Origin: a virus
Taxonomy: Duplodnaviria > Heunggongvirae > Uroviricota > Caudoviricetes
Virus record (IMG/VR): IMGVR_UViG_3300025015_000009
Coordinates: 1 to 64,000 of that record
DNA: 64,000 bases
Strand: one strand, 5' to 3'
Below the pieces are notes generated by a model. That model was not told where the DNA came from, did no database searches, and saw only the letters and a list, made by a program, of their open reading frames with translations. A program made the position numbers and the translations under genes. Positions 62,721 to 64,000 of this stretch are shown one piece after another (positions within the stretch are counted from its first letter, which is position 1; every line of letters begins with the position of its first letter).

Positions 62721-63835
62721 GACCGCACCTTCTCGAAGTTTGCTAAACTAAACTTGCTACGATCAACATACTTCGTGTCACCTACAACATATCCTTCACC
62801 ACCGTGTTCTCCGTTTATTGTTGCCCTAATAGGAGAATTAGCAGTGTCTAGCTGTGCAACTACTTCGTTCTTTATAGTCATTATCGCCTGCACCGTAGTA
62901 AATGTTGCTACCGCACCTTTGCTGTTCTCGTTTATGTACTGAAGCAACTTCTCTTGTTTAACCTTGCTTACCTTACTAGTTGATAACCACGTAGCAAACG
63001 ACCCTGCTAAATTGCCTAGTCCTCGTGACTTAACCATAGCATTGATATACGTGTAGAGTATATCTGGGACATCAGACATCTTCAATTCTGCTAACCTGGC
63101 AGAATCCAAGAAACTGTCTATGTCCGATGCATATTTTTGTACAAACTGCTTTGCTTGTTTTATCTTTGCAGAGTCTATACTAACACTGGGTTCAACGAAC
63201 GTAGGGCCGATTACCATAACCTCAGTGTTTAAGTTTAAATCAGTTAAGTCTAACGGAACATCGGGTTGGTTTGGACCAGCGGTCTTGGAATGTACTGCTA
63301 TTCCAGCGGTACTCTTAGAAATTCTAATGCCTAACTTAGAGTCAGCAGCGACATGATATGTCACTGTATTCGGAGTAAATACAAAATCGTTGTTTCTATC
63401 GATTGCTGGCTTACTGCTATAGAGCAGATCCCCCTTAACAAAGCCACGAAAGGAATCAGGTACAACTTTCTCGAACCTATCGTACAAACCGGCCATCCCT
63501 TTAGCAAATGCCCGTCTGGCGTCGTTTAGTTCTTTGCCACGGCTTAAGAACATATTCTCTAGCTCCTCAGCCGAAGTTGCAAGCCCATTGTACCCTTTTG
63601 CAGTAAACCCAGATTTGTCAGTTAAAACAAATTGGCCATCTGGCAATCGACCAAAGTAAATTGCAGGAGACCCGTCGAACTTAACCGAGATGTTCTTCGA
63701 AGAGCCAAGATGGTCTAATTGATTTAGTACTCTAATCGCGCCCTGAGATCCTTCCCAGAGAATAAAATCCTCTGCATGTTGAATACGGGCATCTTCCGTT
63801 AAAATACGGTCTTCTATTATCTCGTTTACTCTCAT
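62717..63835 (-). CDS. Protein with ligase/nucleotidyltransferase-like KxDG and EGYVV motifs, MRVNEIIE N-terminus
   Basis: VKFDGSPAIYFG is KxDG-like. The C-terminal GEHGGEGYVVGDTKYVDRSKF resembles ligase motif IV/V. The spacing is atypical, so the call is tentative. Confidence 0.3.
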   Translation of the reverse strand: MRVNEIIEDRILTEDARIQHAEDFILWEGSQGAIRVLNQLDHLGSSKNISVKFDGSPAIYFGRLPDGQFVLTDKSGFTAKGYNGLATSAEELENMFLSRGKELNDARRAFAKGMAGLYDRFEKVVPDSFRGFVKGDLLYSSKPAIDRNNDFVFTPNTVTYHVAADSKLGIRISKSTAGIAVHSKTAGPNQPDVPLDLTDLNLNTEVMVIGPTFVEPSVSIDSAKIKQAKQFVQKYASDIDSFLDSARLAELKMSDVPDILYTYINAMVKSRGLGNLAGSFATWLSTSKVSKVKQEKLLQYINENSKGAVATFTTVQAIMTIKNEVVAQLDTANSPIRATINGEHGGEGYVVGDTKYVDRSKFSLANFEKVRS

Positions 63836-64000
63836 TTAATACCTTATGTCTGTTGTTGTATTTAGTTACTAATAGAACAGCGATAGCAGAGTGGGTTACT
63901 ATATTATTTTCCGAGCAACGTATCTTCTATTTCACTCAGCACTCCGCTTAATATCGTCTTCTTTACTAAGTAGTATGAGGTACAGTTTAGCATAATCTCG

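Overview
This 64 kb window is a gene-dense segment of a large virulent tailed phage (myovirus-like, with several T4-type traits). About 90% is coding and almost all genes lie on the minus strand. The plus-strand exceptions are two endonuclease genes and a four-gene cassette.

Recognisable content:
- Two long tail-fibre loci, one at each end (35..5198 and 53299..56847), which share a Gly/Thr-rich 40-residue repeat module.
- An IF-1 (infA) homologue.
- An SPFH/NfeD pair.
- A ClpS adaptor next to an IbpA-like small heat-shock protein.
- A DEDDh exonuclease and two HD-domain hydrolases, one RelA/SpoT-like.
- A SPASM radical-SAM enzyme plus a GT4 glycosyltransferase.
- An rIIA/rIIB-like pair, where the A member carries a GHKL ATPase domain.
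- A SleB-like cell-wall hydrolase and a PAAR-like spike protein.
- Many free-standing homing endonucleases: five GIY-YIG, one HNH and two or three PD-(D/E)XK.

Most notable observations:
1. A class II ribonucleotide reductase is split into three ORFs and an Rnl2 RNA ligase into two. Each break point carries intein N-terminal and C-terminal halves on separate ORFs, with a free-standing endonuclease gene between them. That gives three putative split (trans-splicing) inteins in one window.
2. A tandem array of five small paralogues shares a 17-residue N-terminus (MK[IV]R[HQN]GFVSNSSSSSF[VI]) with unrelated C-termini. The array is bracketed by a SprT-like HExxH protease and a radical-SAM-like Fe-S protein.
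3. At least ten otherwise unrelated proteins begin with MR[VIA]xE[IF]xxE. This resembles the T4 capsid-targeting sequence that is cleaved at (L/I)xE, and suggests packaged and ejected proteins.
4. A highly conserved cassette of about 35-60 bp, TTGACT-17-TATAAT plus a leader, recurs at least 12 times upstream of minus-strand genes. It is a candidate early-promoter family.
5. Four copies of a MORN-variant repeat gene are present, with near-identical flanks.

No rRNA, CRISPR array or convincing tRNA was seen.
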